NCBI GenBank assembly: GCA_963841435.1
Contig: CAWJCS010000004.1
Location: forward strand, 512,001-576,000
Direction of reading: 5' to 3'
Length of the DNA: 64,000 nucleotides
Source of the DNA: an uncultured delta proteobacterium
GTDB taxonomy: Bacteria; Myxococcota_A; Polyangia; Polyangiales; Polyangiaceae
Shown here one piece after another: positions 28,824 to 38,686 of this stretch. Below the pieces are notes generated by a model. The model worked only from the letters and a program-made list of their open reading frames with translations, was not told the DNA's origin and did not search any database. A program made the translations under genes and the position numbers. How positions within the stretch are numbered: position 1 is the first letter of the stretch; every line of letters begins with the position of its first letter.

Positions 28824-31559
28824 ATGATGGCAAAATTCAGGAGAGTGCAGGTGGTCGGTCTGGGAGCCCTTTCGGTCCTGACGGGGGCCTGTGGCAACGG
28901 CGAAAGGCCGTCCGAGGATGCGGCTCGAGCGCGCGGCCCCATCGTCTGGGGCGCGCAATCTTGGAAAGAATACTCCGAGGGCACGCCGGGCGAGCAGGAG
29001 CTTGCTACGTCGGTCGGCTTGTTGGTCGCTTCCACCGATCTGACGGGCAACAGCACGAGCACGTTCACGCCCGCTTGCCAAGATCCGGCGGCGACGAGCT
29101 TCAACTGCACCGCGGTGCTGACGACCTACCCGAATGATCTCTGCAGCGACGACCCGTACGTCGGCGACTTCGCGCCTCAGCGGATCACCGACGCTGCTTG
29201 CACGGCGTTCATGATCCGGCCGGACACGTTCGCTACCGCCGCTCATTGCATCATGCCCGACGGCGTGGGCGACGCCCGCCTTCAGTGCTCGAATCGTAGC
29301 GTGGTGATGCGCTGGCGACCCTCACTGCCCAACTTCCCCGAAGGAAATCCCAACATCCTTTCTCAGCACATCTATCGCTGCGTGAGCCTCACGCGCGGCC
29401 CCGAGGATCCTCAGGTCGTCGGAGACCCTGGAGATTGGGCCGTGTTCACGGTGGACCGACCGGTGACCGGTGGCGGCACCACGGGCGGGCCCCTCACTCC
29501 CGAGCGCGAACCGCTTCCGGTCTCCAACGAGCCGCTGCTGGTTCCCTCGTCCGGAAATCTCGCGATCGGTCATCCGAACGGCATGCCGCTCAAGATCGAT
29601 CCCGAGGTGACGATTGCGCTCGAGCCCGCTCCGAACAGGCCGGGCGGAACGTTCGCCGTCGAGGCCGACGTCGAGGAGGGGCTCAGCGGCGGGCCCGTCA
29701 TCACGCCGGACGGCAGCGTCGTGGGGATCCTGAGCGGCGCCCTCGGCTTGCTCAGAGACAACAACAGGAACTGTTTCAACGAATGCTTTCCCGATTCGGA
29801 CCCGACGCCCCCGACGTGTCCCTCTCTGTTCGGTCAGTTTCGACCCATCGCCGTCAACATCTCGCAGATACCGAGCCAATATCGCACTACGGCCGAGCAC
29901 GTGATGATCCTGCTCGATCAGACCGGGACGATGACGTTGCCCGGCACCGCCGCGGGGCTCACACGCTGGGACGACGCCATCAACGCCGCGATACAGTGGG
30001 TTCAGCTCGACAAACTTTCCTCCGCGTTCGTCGAACGCGCCTACAGTATCTGGACGTTCAGGAACGACACGGTGATCGGCGGCACCCAAAATGGGGCGGT
30101 GCAAATCTGGCCCGGGGCGGGCAGCACGGACTGCCCGCAAATCGAGAGCGGCACTGGCTACTGCGTCCTACCCCGCGCAGCGTCACTGGAGCCGCCGGAG
30201 TATAACGCGCTGCAGGCTCGTCTCGAGGCGATCAGGACCTCTCACATGCCCGTCACCGGCCCGAACACACCGCTCGCGGGAAGCTTGTGCGAAGGCCTCG
30301 AGTCCATTCGGTCCATCGACGGATTGAAGCGCATCATCCTGGAGTCCGACGGTGACGAGAACGCCACCTCCGTGTCCAACTCCTGCTTCGGCGACCCGTC
30401 GGCGGACTTCGCCGACTGGAGCACCGATCTGTCCCTGCGTACCCTGGATGATTGGGGCATGACGGTCAACAGCTGGCAGGCCAAGGTGCTGCGCCGCGTC
30501 ACGCGGCTCGGGCTACCCATCGCGACGGCTGTCGCGTCACCACTTACGATCGACGACTGGTTCCCCTTCAACGTCGTCTGGCAGGTCAACCTCCACTATG
30601 CCCTGTCGGAAACGACGACCCTTGCCCCGTTGACGGCCACGAGGCAGCCCGCGCTTCCGGAGATCACAGACACGCCGACGCAGCAGGTGGCGTCGCGGGC
30701 ACTGGGGGCGCTTTTGGCTGCTGCCAGCCTCCCCCCGAGCGAGCTGAGCTTCTTCGACGACCTCGGTCGCGGCAACCTCAGATCCAATTTCGCCGCCTAC
30801 GTCCAGTCCGAGGACGAGCTCGGCGTGGACCATCCCGTGGCGGGCAACGTCAACAACGACGGCTGCGCCGATCGGGTCGATCTGTGCCTAGCAATGCAGA
30901 GCAACGTCTGGACGCATCGCGCCGTGCCACCGAACGACATCGCGGTTCAGGCAGACCTGAATCGGGATGGCTGGGTCAACGACGCTGATCTCGACACCCT
31001 GTTCGAAAACTGGGGCAACGGCTGCGCGAGCCCCGAGCCGGTACCCGAGCGCGATACGGCGATCGCGGCTTGCCGCGCCGACTACGGCCGACGCTGGACG
31101 AGCTTCGAAGACTCGAGCCGTCCCTGGACGGTTAACGTCGGCTCGGTCGAGCTCACCACGACGACGGAGGCAGCGACCCACATGCAGCACTCGCTCGTCA
31201 TCGACGGCTGCAACTACGCGTTCCTCGACAGTCCGCTCTTCGATACACGCGAGCTACCGGCTGGGACTCGGGTTGCCTTCGACGTGATGCTTCCCGTGGA
31301 GCAAGCGAACCCGTACTGGCTCGGCGACGCCCAGCTCTTCATCTCGATTCCGAGCGCAGGCATCTACAATGCCTGGCTCGGCTATCAGTCGTTTGCGGGG
31401 TTCACGACGGGTGCGTGGCACACCGTCACTTTCAGCTTGCCGAGCGGAGTCCGTGCGGCGCTGGCCGGCAGTCACGCTGACGCGCGGCTTGGAATCGCGT
31501 TCAACACCGGCAACTGCCTCGCCCCCGCGCTCATCGACTACTTGCGCGTTGTGCCGTAG
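28824..31559 (+). CDS. Trypsin-like serine protease lipoprotein with vWA-like, dockerin-like and CBM-like domains
   Basis: RBS GGAGG; lipobox TGAC; TAAHC, DWAVF and GLSGGP; ILLDQTGTM; GNVNNDG and DLNRDG pair. Confidence 0.85.
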   Translation: MMAKFRRVQVVGLGALSVLTGACGNGERPSEDAARARGPIVWGAQSWKEYSEGTPGEQELATSVGLLVASTDLTGNSTSTFTPACQDPAATSFNCTAVLTTYPNDLCSDDPYVGDFAPQRITDAACTAFMIRPDTFATAAHCIMPDGVGDARLQCSNRSVVMRWRPSLPNFPEGNPNILSQHIYRCVSLTRGPEDPQVVGDPGDWAVFTVDRPVTGGGTTGGPLTPEREPLPVSNEPLLVPSSGNLAIGHPNGMPLKIDPEVTIALEPAPNRPGGTFAVEADVEEGLSGGPVITPDGSVVGILSGALGLLRDNNRNCFNECFPDSDPTPPTCPSLFGQFRPIAVNISQIPSQYRTTAEHVMILLDQTGTMTLPGTAAGLTRWDDAINAAIQWVQLDKLSSAFVERAYSIWTFRNDTVIGGTQNGAVQIWPGAGSTDCPQIESGTGYCVLPRAASLEPPEYNALQARLEAIRTSHMPVTGPNTPLAGSLCEGLESIRSIDGLKRIILESDGDENATSVSNSCFGDPSADFADWSTDLSLRTLDDWGMTVNSWQAKVLRRVTRLGLPIATAVASPLTIDDWFPFNVVWQVNLHYALSETTTLAPLTATRQPALPEITDTPTQQVASRALGALLAAASLPPSELSFFDDLGRGNLRSNFAAYVQSEDELGVDHPVAGNVNNDGCADRVDLCLAMQSNVWTHRAVPPNDIAVQADLNRDGWVNDADLDTLFENWGNGCASPEPVPERDTAIAACRADYGRRWTSFEDSSRPWTVNVGSVELTTTTEAATHMQHSLVIDGCNYAFLDSPLFDTRELPAGTRVAFDVMLPVEQANPYWLGDAQLFISIPSAGIYNAWLGYQSFAGFTTGAWHTVTFSLPSGVRAALAGSHADARLGIAFNTGNCLAPALIDYLRVVP

Positions 31560-31629
31560 CCGGCGTGCTCGGTCGCCGATCGTTCGGAGGTACACCCCGA
31601 CCCGAACGATCGGCGGCCCCGCGCGACCT

Positions 31630-32253
31630 TCACTCCACGTGCCCCTTCGGCGGCTCACGTGGAGCCGCACCGGCGTCGGTGTCATCGACCTTGCGCAGCG
31701 TGTCCGATGCAAGGACGTATCGATAGTGACCCTCGGGGTCGAGGAACCTGCCGAGCCGCGCCGTGACCTCGTACGCTCGGCCCAGCTCGACCGCCGGGCA
31801 GGCCCACGCATCGCAGTGCCCGCGACACGCGAATTGGTCGTCTTCGAGCCCGACCGCCAGGGCATTCTGGCGGCGACCGGACTCCGCGGCACATCGCACC
31901 TGGACCCCGGAAGGCTGCTCGAAGGCGAGCGCCACGTGGCCCGTGCAGGGGCCCTCGGAAGGAGGAACCGTCCCGCATCTCAGCTTGATCCCCTCGCAAA
32001 GGTCGGGACAGACGCCGGCCCAGCCTCGAACCGTGACCATCCGGTCGAGGTAGGGCTCCGGCTCCGCCACGATGTTCGCCAAAGTCGCGCGTTCGTCCGA
32101 CCCAGGCGAGTCGCTTGCAGTCGAGCCTGGGGCCGGTGGCGAGGTGGGCAACGTCTCGTGGGGCATCATGCCGTTGCTCGGGGGCGCCGAAGCGGGAGGC
32201 CCCGCACAGGCAAGCACGAGCAGGGCGCACGGAATCGATGCTTTGCCAATCAC
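31630..32253 (-). CDS. Hypothetical lipoprotein
   Basis: Lipobox VLAC; EPEPYLDRMVTVRG (OB-fold-like); Cys-rich. Confidence 0.6.
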   Translation of the reverse strand: MIGKASIPCALLVLACAGPPASAPPSNGMMPHETLPTSPPAPGSTASDSPGSDERATLANIVAEPEPYLDRMVTVRGWAGVCPDLCEGIKLRCGTVPPSEGPCTGHVALAFEQPSGVQVRCAAESGRRQNALAVGLEDDQFACRGHCDAWACPAVELGRAYEVTARLGRFLDPEGHYRYVLASDTLRKVDDTDAGAAPREPPKGHVE

Positions 32254-32426
32254 GAAAACCTCACGTGGTCAACGCTACGGCACGATGCAACGTTTTTCAA
32301 CGCTGCCCGCCGTCATAGGCCGCGCGCGTGACCTCGGAGCCGGGTGGGTGCGGTCCGCGTCCGCCGCGGGCCTCGACATGATAGTCGCGGCCCGCGACGG
32401 CGACGCCTGACGACGCTTTCGCTGCG

Positions 32427-32797
32427 CTACTCGGGACAGGAAAACGCGGGGACGGGTGGTAACCCGAGCGGGTCGGGGACCGCGTTCGAGGTGAACGCCA
32501 GCTGGACGTGGCCGAGCTCCTTGGACTCGAACAGCGTGTTGAGCCGATCGACGTAGTTTGGATTCACCGCGGGGTCGTGGGGCGGAACCTCGAGCGCCTT
32601 GTCGGCAAACGCGTAGAGAGTGAACGTGTAACTGTCGGTGTTGCGCACGGGCACGGGCAGGTCACACTTTTGCGCGAGTGCGACCGGCCACGCGGGGCAA
32701 GGTGCAAAGTAGCGACCGATGCCGCGGGCCTGCACCTGCTGAGCCCCCTTCATGCCGTCGGGGAAGGGTACCGGATCGAACCCCACGCCCGTTACAG
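32427..32797 (-). pseudogene. 3' fragment of a YbhB/YbcL (PEBP)-like gene, cut at the mobile-element junction
   Basis: RYFAPCP...YTFTLYA motif; the 5' part is replaced by transposase sequence at 32798. Confidence 0.5.
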
Positions 32798-33967
32798 TAA
32801 ACGTCCATCTTCATGTTCTCGCCCTCGACGGCGTGTACGTCCGCGATACGGAGAGCGGCGCGCTCGTGTTCGAGGAGCTCGGCACGCCCAGCCACGTGGA
32901 GGTACTAGACGTCGCACGCCGCACCGCCGAGCGCATCGACAGGCTGCTCGGAAAGAGCGGCCGGAGCCTCGAGCGGGAAGGGGACGAGCCCGTGCCCGAG
33001 CTCCTCTCCGACGAGCCGAGCCTGGCCTCGTGCTATGCGGCCGCTGCCCAGGGCATCAGCGTGAGCGGCGAGCGAGCGGGAAAGCCCCAGCTCAGGCTCG
33101 TCCTCGGCACTGGCGCCACTGCCGAAGGAGCCGAGCTCAACCCGGACGAGCCCGTGGCCGAGCACCTCGGCGTCAACATCCACGCCAAGCAGTCGGTTGA
33201 ACGGGCGTGATCGCCGGCAGCTCGAGCGTTTGTGCCGTTACATCACGCGGCCTCCTGTTGCTCAGGAAAGACTCGAGCGGCTTGCCGACGGCCAGCTCGA
33301 GCTCCGACTCAAGCATGCGTGGAAGGACGGCACGCGCGCCGTCGTGCTCGAGCCCGACGACTTGCTGGTCCGGCTCGTCGCCGCGGTGCCCCCGCCACGC
33401 TGGCATTTACTTCGCTACTTCGGCGTCCTCTCGAGCCACTCACGGCTCCGCCGAGAAGTTGTTCCGCACCCGCCCGCTGATCCGAGTGCTACCGCGCCTC
33501 CGCCTGCTCCGGGCGATCAGCTCGAGCTCGACCTCGACGCTGACGCTGACGAGCCTGCTCCGAGAAAAAGATGGGCCTGGCTGCTCAGACATGTGTTCAA
33601 GGCAGATTTGGATATTTGTCCGCGCTGCGGTGGACCGATGCGCTGGCTCGAGGCGGCGGCTACCCGAGAGTCTGCTCGTGACCTGCTCGCTCGGCTCGGG
33701 CTCGGGCCCAGGCCGCCGCCGGCTCCACCCCGCACGCCGCTCGCGCAGCTCACGCTGCCGTTCGCGAGGTGAGCCGGCTTGCGCTGGTCGCTGCGCCAGG
33801 CGAGCGTCCGCGCGCGTTCTGGGTTCGGGGAGCTCTGGCACCTCAGAGCCTCCTTCCGCCTCGTCCACGACAGCACGTCCACCCCATAGGCGTGCGTTCT
33901 TACGGCCTCGCCGGCCTCGCCGTGGGCCCCGCCCGGGACCTTTTGCCAGATCGTTTCGCCTAGGCGC
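32798..33967 (+). mobile_element. 5'-truncated copy of the IS91/ISCR-like element
   Basis: Matches 39258..40426 except for a substitution plus 1-bp insertion near 33198, which shifts the frame. Confidence 0.92.
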
Positions 33968-34078
33968 CGCGGGCGTCGGGCGACCGCGAGTGCTTCGACT
34001 TCGACGCGGACGTGTCGATCGTCAGGGGAGAGTCCGTCCAGCTCATCGGGTCATTCAGGTCTTCGCCTGGTGAGGTTG

Positions 34079-35248
34079 TCATCGGCACGCGGCTCCGTGG
34101 TCATCGGCCCACGGGGTGCACGTCGCCGCGCATGCGCCGCACGGCGCCCGCGAGGGGGTACCTGATACGCAGGCGACGACCGTGTTGCCGTCGCAGCTTG
34201 CGAAGCTGCCCAGCCCGTTGCAGCTGTCTTCCGCGGGTGAGACACACCGGAAACCTCCGGCGGCGGAACTGAACCCGCACACGGAACCACGAGCCGGGCA
34301 GTCGTGGCTTCTTGGCGCCCCCGCGTCGCAAAAGAAAGCGCTCCCGCGCAGACAGCTTCCTTCGGAAGTGAGCCCGGAGCAGCCAGTGTCGGAGATGGCA
34401 GCGTGACTGAGAACGTGCTCGATGAACGGGGGCCAGTCCGCCAATCGATCGACGCGGGTGTAATGGTCTTGGCCGACGCAGCTCGAGTTCCCGTGGTCCA
34501 GCACGCCGATGATATTGACTTCCCCGCTATCCCCTCGCGCTAGGAGGGGTCCTCCGGAATCGCCCTCGCACGCTCCGCTGCGGCCAAAGCCGTCGACGAC
34601 GACGTGATCTTCGTCGATGCTCGCGATCTGTTCCACCACGAAGCGCAGTTGTCCGAGCTCACCCTGTTCCGTCAGTCCATACCCGGAAAGCTCGGCGGGC
34701 GAGCCCACCCAGGCCTCGGCCAGTGGCTCGCGTCTCGGCGAAAGAGGGCGCAACTCCGCTGCGGCAAGTCCGTCGGCTTCCAACAGGACGACGTCGAGAC
34801 CTTGGTGAAGCCAGGTACGCTCGATTGACGCGCTCTGGAAGGGCGGATTGCCGACTAGAATTAGGCCCGTCGGTGACCCTGAGTCAGTCGTTTCATCGAC
34901 CGCGCCGTCGAGGTCGCGATCAAAACAGTGCGCGGCCGACAGCACGAAACCCGGAGCAACGAGCACTCCGCTGCACAGGGTACGGGCCCCACCGCCCGCG
35001 GGGCTCGGCGAGGTGGGTAGGACCGCCACGATGGCGAGGGTCTGGCTGGCGTCGAGCGGCACGAGGCGCGCTGCTGGCGCGCCTCCGACGATGCCGGAGA
35101 CCCAGCACTCGGGGCGTTCGAGATCGTCGGATGAGCCGTTCGTGCACCCGGCAACGATGGATAGACCCGTCACGAACCAGATCAACGCCGCCGTCCGGTG
35201 CAGCGGGCAGGTGCGCGGCTTGCGTGGCCAGCTCTGACGGTGCCTCAC
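34079..35248 (-). CDS. Trypsin-like (S1) serine protease lipoprotein with Cys-rich tail
   Basis: Lipobox VAGC, IVGG, CSGVL, SAAHC, GDSGGP and YTRVD. GTGA overlap with the upstream gene. Confidence 0.88.
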   Translation of the reverse strand: MRHRQSWPRKPRTCPLHRTAALIWFVTGLSIVAGCTNGSSDDLERPECWVSGIVGGAPAARLVPLDASQTLAIVAVLPTSPSPAGGGARTLCSGVLVAPGFVLSAAHCFDRDLDGAVDETTDSGSPTGLILVGNPPFQSASIERTWLHQGLDVVLLEADGLAAAELRPLSPRREPLAEAWVGSPAELSGYGLTEQGELGQLRFVVEQIASIDEDHVVVDGFGRSGACEGDSGGPLLARGDSGEVNIIGVLDHGNSSCVGQDHYTRVDRLADWPPFIEHVLSHAAISDTGCSGLTSEGSCLRGSAFFCDAGAPRSHDCPARGSVCGFSSAAGGFRCVSPAEDSCNGLGSFASCDGNTVVACVSGTPSRAPCGACAATCTPWADDHGAACR

Positions 35249-35829
35249 CAAGGGGGGTTTGGTGCCGAGGCACCGTCCAGGTTCAGGTAGGCGTCGCGAC
35301 ACGTGGCCACTGGGTCCTCTGGCGGCACGGCAACCGCTTGGTAGCCGTCAACGGCGACGCTGTTGACCAACACGCTGCCATCCTTCGCCTGGATCGTGAG
35401 CGTAGCTCGATCGCCTGGGCCCAGCGCTGCGGCAAGCTCGGGCTCGTAGGTGAGCCACACCTTGAACGCCACCACGGGTCCGCTGGCGCCCATGGATACG
35501 CCGGCGTACACATCCGCGTGAAGCGCCCCATTAGCGTCGGCGACGTGCTCTTCGCAAACGTCGTTGTCGGTGCAGCCGGGTCGCGACCAGTCTTCCTCCA
35601 ATGGTAGCACCATGTCGTGGGTGCACACGTTGTCCTTCAAGCAGGCCCGGATGGTGAGGCTCGAGCTTTCAGCCGGAAGCTCCCCAACCCAGATGGTGTC
35701 GCACGGAAGCGGATTCGTGTGAGCCTTCTCGGCCGCCGAACTCCCACAGCTCGGCACAAGCAGCGACCCTGCTGTTGCGAGCACGAGGCCCCGCAATCCC
35801 TGCACCACGAACGTGACTTGGTCCTTCAA
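35245..35829 (-). CDS. Hypothetical lipoprotein, tandem paralog B
   Basis: Signal peptide ending VPSC; colinear with and highly similar to 35889..36476. Confidence 0.75.
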   Translation of the reverse strand: MKDQVTFVVQGLRGLVLATAGSLLVPSCGSSAAEKAHTNPLPCDTIWVGELPAESSSLTIRACLKDNVCTHDMVLPLEEDWSRPGCTDNDVCEEHVADANGALHADVYAGVSMGASGPVVAFKVWLTYEPELAAALGPGDRATLTIQAKDGSVLVNSVAVDGYQAVAVPPEDPVATCRDAYLNLDGASAPNPPW

Positions 35830-35888
35830 AGTTCCTCTCAGGGCAAGGCGTGTCGTAGCCGGGCTGCGGGGTCAGTTCGGACCGTGCC

Positions 35889-36476
35889 TCACCAAGGCGG
35901 GTCTGGTTGCGAGGAACCGTCCAGATTGAGGTAGGCGTTACGGCACATCGCCACCGGGTCCTCTGGTGGCACCGCGACCGTTTGATAGTCGTCCACGGCC
36001 GCGCTGTCAACCATCATGCTGCCGTCCTTCGCCTGGATCGTGAGTGTCGGTCGATCGCCGGGGGCGAACGTTGCCGCAAGCTCGGGATCGTAGTGGAGCC
36101 GCACGGCGAGCGCCACCACGGGGTCGCTGACACCCATGGATACGCCGGAATAGACATCCGCTTGAAGCGCCCCACTATCGTCCGCGACGTGGCGTTCGCA
36201 AACGTTGTCGTCGACGCAGCCGGGTCGCGACCAGTCATCCTCCAAGGGTAGCACCATGTCGTGGGTGCACACGTCGTCCTTCAAGCAGGCCCGGATGATG
36301 AGGCTTGCGCTTTGGGCTGGAAGCTCGCCAAACCAGGCGGTGTCGCACTGGAGCTCTGGATTCGAGTCACCCTTCTCGGGTGTCGAACCCCCGCAGCCCG
36401 CCGCAAGCAACGACCCTGCTGTCGCGAGCACGAGACGACGCAACACCTGCAACCCGAAAGTAACCTGGTCCTTCAT
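35889..36476 (-). CDS. Hypothetical lipoprotein, tandem paralog A
   Basis: Lipobox AAGC; ATG at 36476; paralog of the adjacent gene. Confidence 0.75.
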   Translation of the reverse strand: MKDQVTFGLQVLRRLVLATAGSLLAAGCGGSTPEKGDSNPELQCDTAWFGELPAQSASLIIRACLKDDVCTHDMVLPLEDDWSRPGCVDDNVCERHVADDSGALQADVYSGVSMGVSDPVVALAVRLHYDPELAATFAPGDRPTLTIQAKDGSMMVDSAAVDDYQTVAVPPEDPVAMCRNAYLNLDGSSQPDPPW

Positions 36477-36492
36477 GATTCGTCCCTTTCCC

Positions 36493-37737
36493 CTACCAGC
36501 AGCGAACATAGGCGTTTCCATTGCTCGTGCCGTGGTAACAGCCGCCCGGAAGCCACGATTCAATCCACGGTATCTTGTCACTCAGACGCGTGTAGTACTC
36601 CTCGTTCCCCGGCTCTGGGCAGATGTCCCCCGGCGGCTCGTGCCCCGACACCGTACCGAAAATCACGCCCGTAAATCGGGCGCCTTGCCAATCAAGCCGT
36701 AGTTCGTTGCTGGCCCTCCCGAGTCACCGGAGCATTCCCTGCCCCACCCTTGCGTGACATTGGCGTGCCAATGCGAGCTACCATTCCAGCCAACCGTTTC
36801 CCAGTGATTGCCGGAGCGTCCAATGCCCACGCCCGTCCCCGAGTCCTGATTTGCGCCGTAGCCTTCCATCCAGAACTGTTGACCGGTAACTGTCATCTGA
36901 TTCAGAATCCGCGACCACGCCGCCGAAAAGTCTGCGGGCCAAGCCCACGGAGCATCGGGGCTAATCAGCGCAAGGTCGTGATCCCTGTCGCCGCTTCCTA
37001 GATAACCGGGATAGCCGAAATAGAGCGCGTTGTCTCCGGGCGCACCACAATCCGAGACGCAAGGCCAAGGCTCCGTGATGCCATCATGTGCCCACCATGG
37101 ATAGGTGCCGAAATCGACATCCGCATGCACGCTTCCGAACAAACCAGGAACGCAGTGGCGCGCGGTCAGCATCCACTGTGGACCGATCAGAACACCGCTG
37201 CACGTTCCAATGCCGGAAATCCGGAGGCGAACCGCCCACGTGTCGAAGACAAACCCATCGGCGATCTTGTCGATGTCGCCGTTCAGGTCTTCCGTGTCCG
37301 GAGGCTCGTCACCCGCCGCGCGCGGAGAGGGCTCTGCAGATGGTAGGGACTCCAGGTAGTCGTTCCTGGCGGCCATGAACGACCTGGCGTCGTCGCACGT
37401 GGCGACGCTGCGGATGCCCCTAGCCTCTATGGCGCTTGCCGCTGCGTGGTCTTCGCCGGTGGTTTTCCCGGCCAGGATGTCGTTCATCCTCGGGATGTTG
37501 TAGAGTTCGCGTTCGACGACGTGTCGGCCACTATCCGGCTCGACACGTTCCCATTCCCCGCAAACAGTGAAGCCGTCGGCGTCTAGGTAGGGGTATCCCC
37601 GATCGACGAGTTGCCACTGATCCGCCAGGACGGCTTCCCCCCCCCCCCCCGGCGATGCCGTGGTTGTCACCGCAAGCGGTGGCCGTGAGGGCCAATATCG
37701 CTAGCCCATGTCCCCGTAACGCCCTTTTTGCTCCCAT
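36493..37737 (-). pseudogene. Trypsin-like serine protease lipoprotein with two frameshifts (G14 tract and ~36695)
   Basis: RBS plus MGAKR...ATAC signal in one frame; CSGVL, TARHC, DLAL and GDSGGP in a second; GVIFG...YTRLSDKIPWIES...VRCW* in a third. Could be intact in the organism. Confidence 0.75.
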
Positions 37738-37840
37738 AGCCCTCTCCTCTCTAATCGTTGGAACGCCAAGTTCCGAGTGGGTAGTTGCCACGCACCCTCT
37801 GCTTCGTCAAGTGAAGATCTGATGGAATTGAACAAGAAGC

Positions 37841-38120
37841 TGATCTTCCCCCGGTTTCGTGGACACCCCAGAAGGCGCGAGAATGCGCCGGGAGTGGACC
37901 ATGGAAAACAAGAAGCAACGAAGGAAGCGGCGCTCGTTCACGGCCGAGTTCAGGGCCGAAGCGGTTCGCCTGTGCAAGGTCGGCGACCGCAGCGTCACGC
38001 AGGTGGCCAAGGACCTCGACCTCACCGAGAACTCGCTGCGTGAGTGGGTCAAGCGCGCCGACATCGACGCCGGCAGTGGACCGCCAGGCGCGCTCACCAC
38101 AGCCGAGCGCGAGGAACTCG
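37841..38120 (+). mobile_element. IS3-family remnant: left end plus truncated orfA
   Basis: TGATCTTCCCCCGGTTTCGTGGACAC resembles IS3-group left ends. orfA from 37901 (RRSFTAEFRAEAVRL...QVAKDLDL..NSLREWV) breaks after EREEL. Confidence 0.82.
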
Positions 38121-38227
38121 AGCTTGAGCTCGAGCTGATCGCCAGGCGCCGGCGGCGGGACATGCGCGCTCGGATCAGCGGGCGGGTGTGGCACGACTTC
38201 TCGGCGGAGCCGCGAGTGGCTCGAGAG
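38117..38227 (-). mobile_element. Short inverted, diverged fragment of a related IS91/ISCR transposase
   Basis: Encodes LSSHSRLRREVVPHPPADPSAHVPPPAPGDQLEL, versus ...ADPSATAPPPAPGDQLEL in the full copy. Confidence 0.85.
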
Positions 38228-38686
38228 CAGGCCAGAGTCGAGCGTCTCGACAGCCGTTTGGCCGGCGGGCGTGAGGTCAGATATCGCGATGGAGGCGCCG
38301 GTCATTCCTCTGGGACGCGCGTCGCCGCGCGCCTCGAGCGGCCTACCCGGGAGCTCGGGCGGGCAGCCCTCGAACGCTCCTCTATGTGGCCTTGCTCCAG
38401 CTTTGCTGCCCACGCCCCGGCCTGCTCGGCGCGTGCTCGTGTGCTCAGGCGGGCGCGCCGCGCGCAGCGTTGACGATGGGGTCGTCGTGGCCCGCCTTGC
38501 GCGCACTGCGCGCGCTGCCTGCGCGGGCCTTGCCCCTCCCAAACTTGTGCTCGGCCGCGGGCCTGCGCGCAAGCGGGAGGGGCCCGCGACCGGCGGCCGC
38601 GTGGCGAGCCAGTGGCCGCCGGGCATCGAGCAAGCGCGATCTGGTGAGAGAGCGCATCGGCACGCGGCTGGCTCGAGCGCTCGAGC

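Noticed and set aside
38658-38673. Sigma-54 promoter CGGCACGCGGCTGGCT before the transposase
   Set aside because: The match is imperfect, likely by chance at this GC content, and very close to the proposed start.
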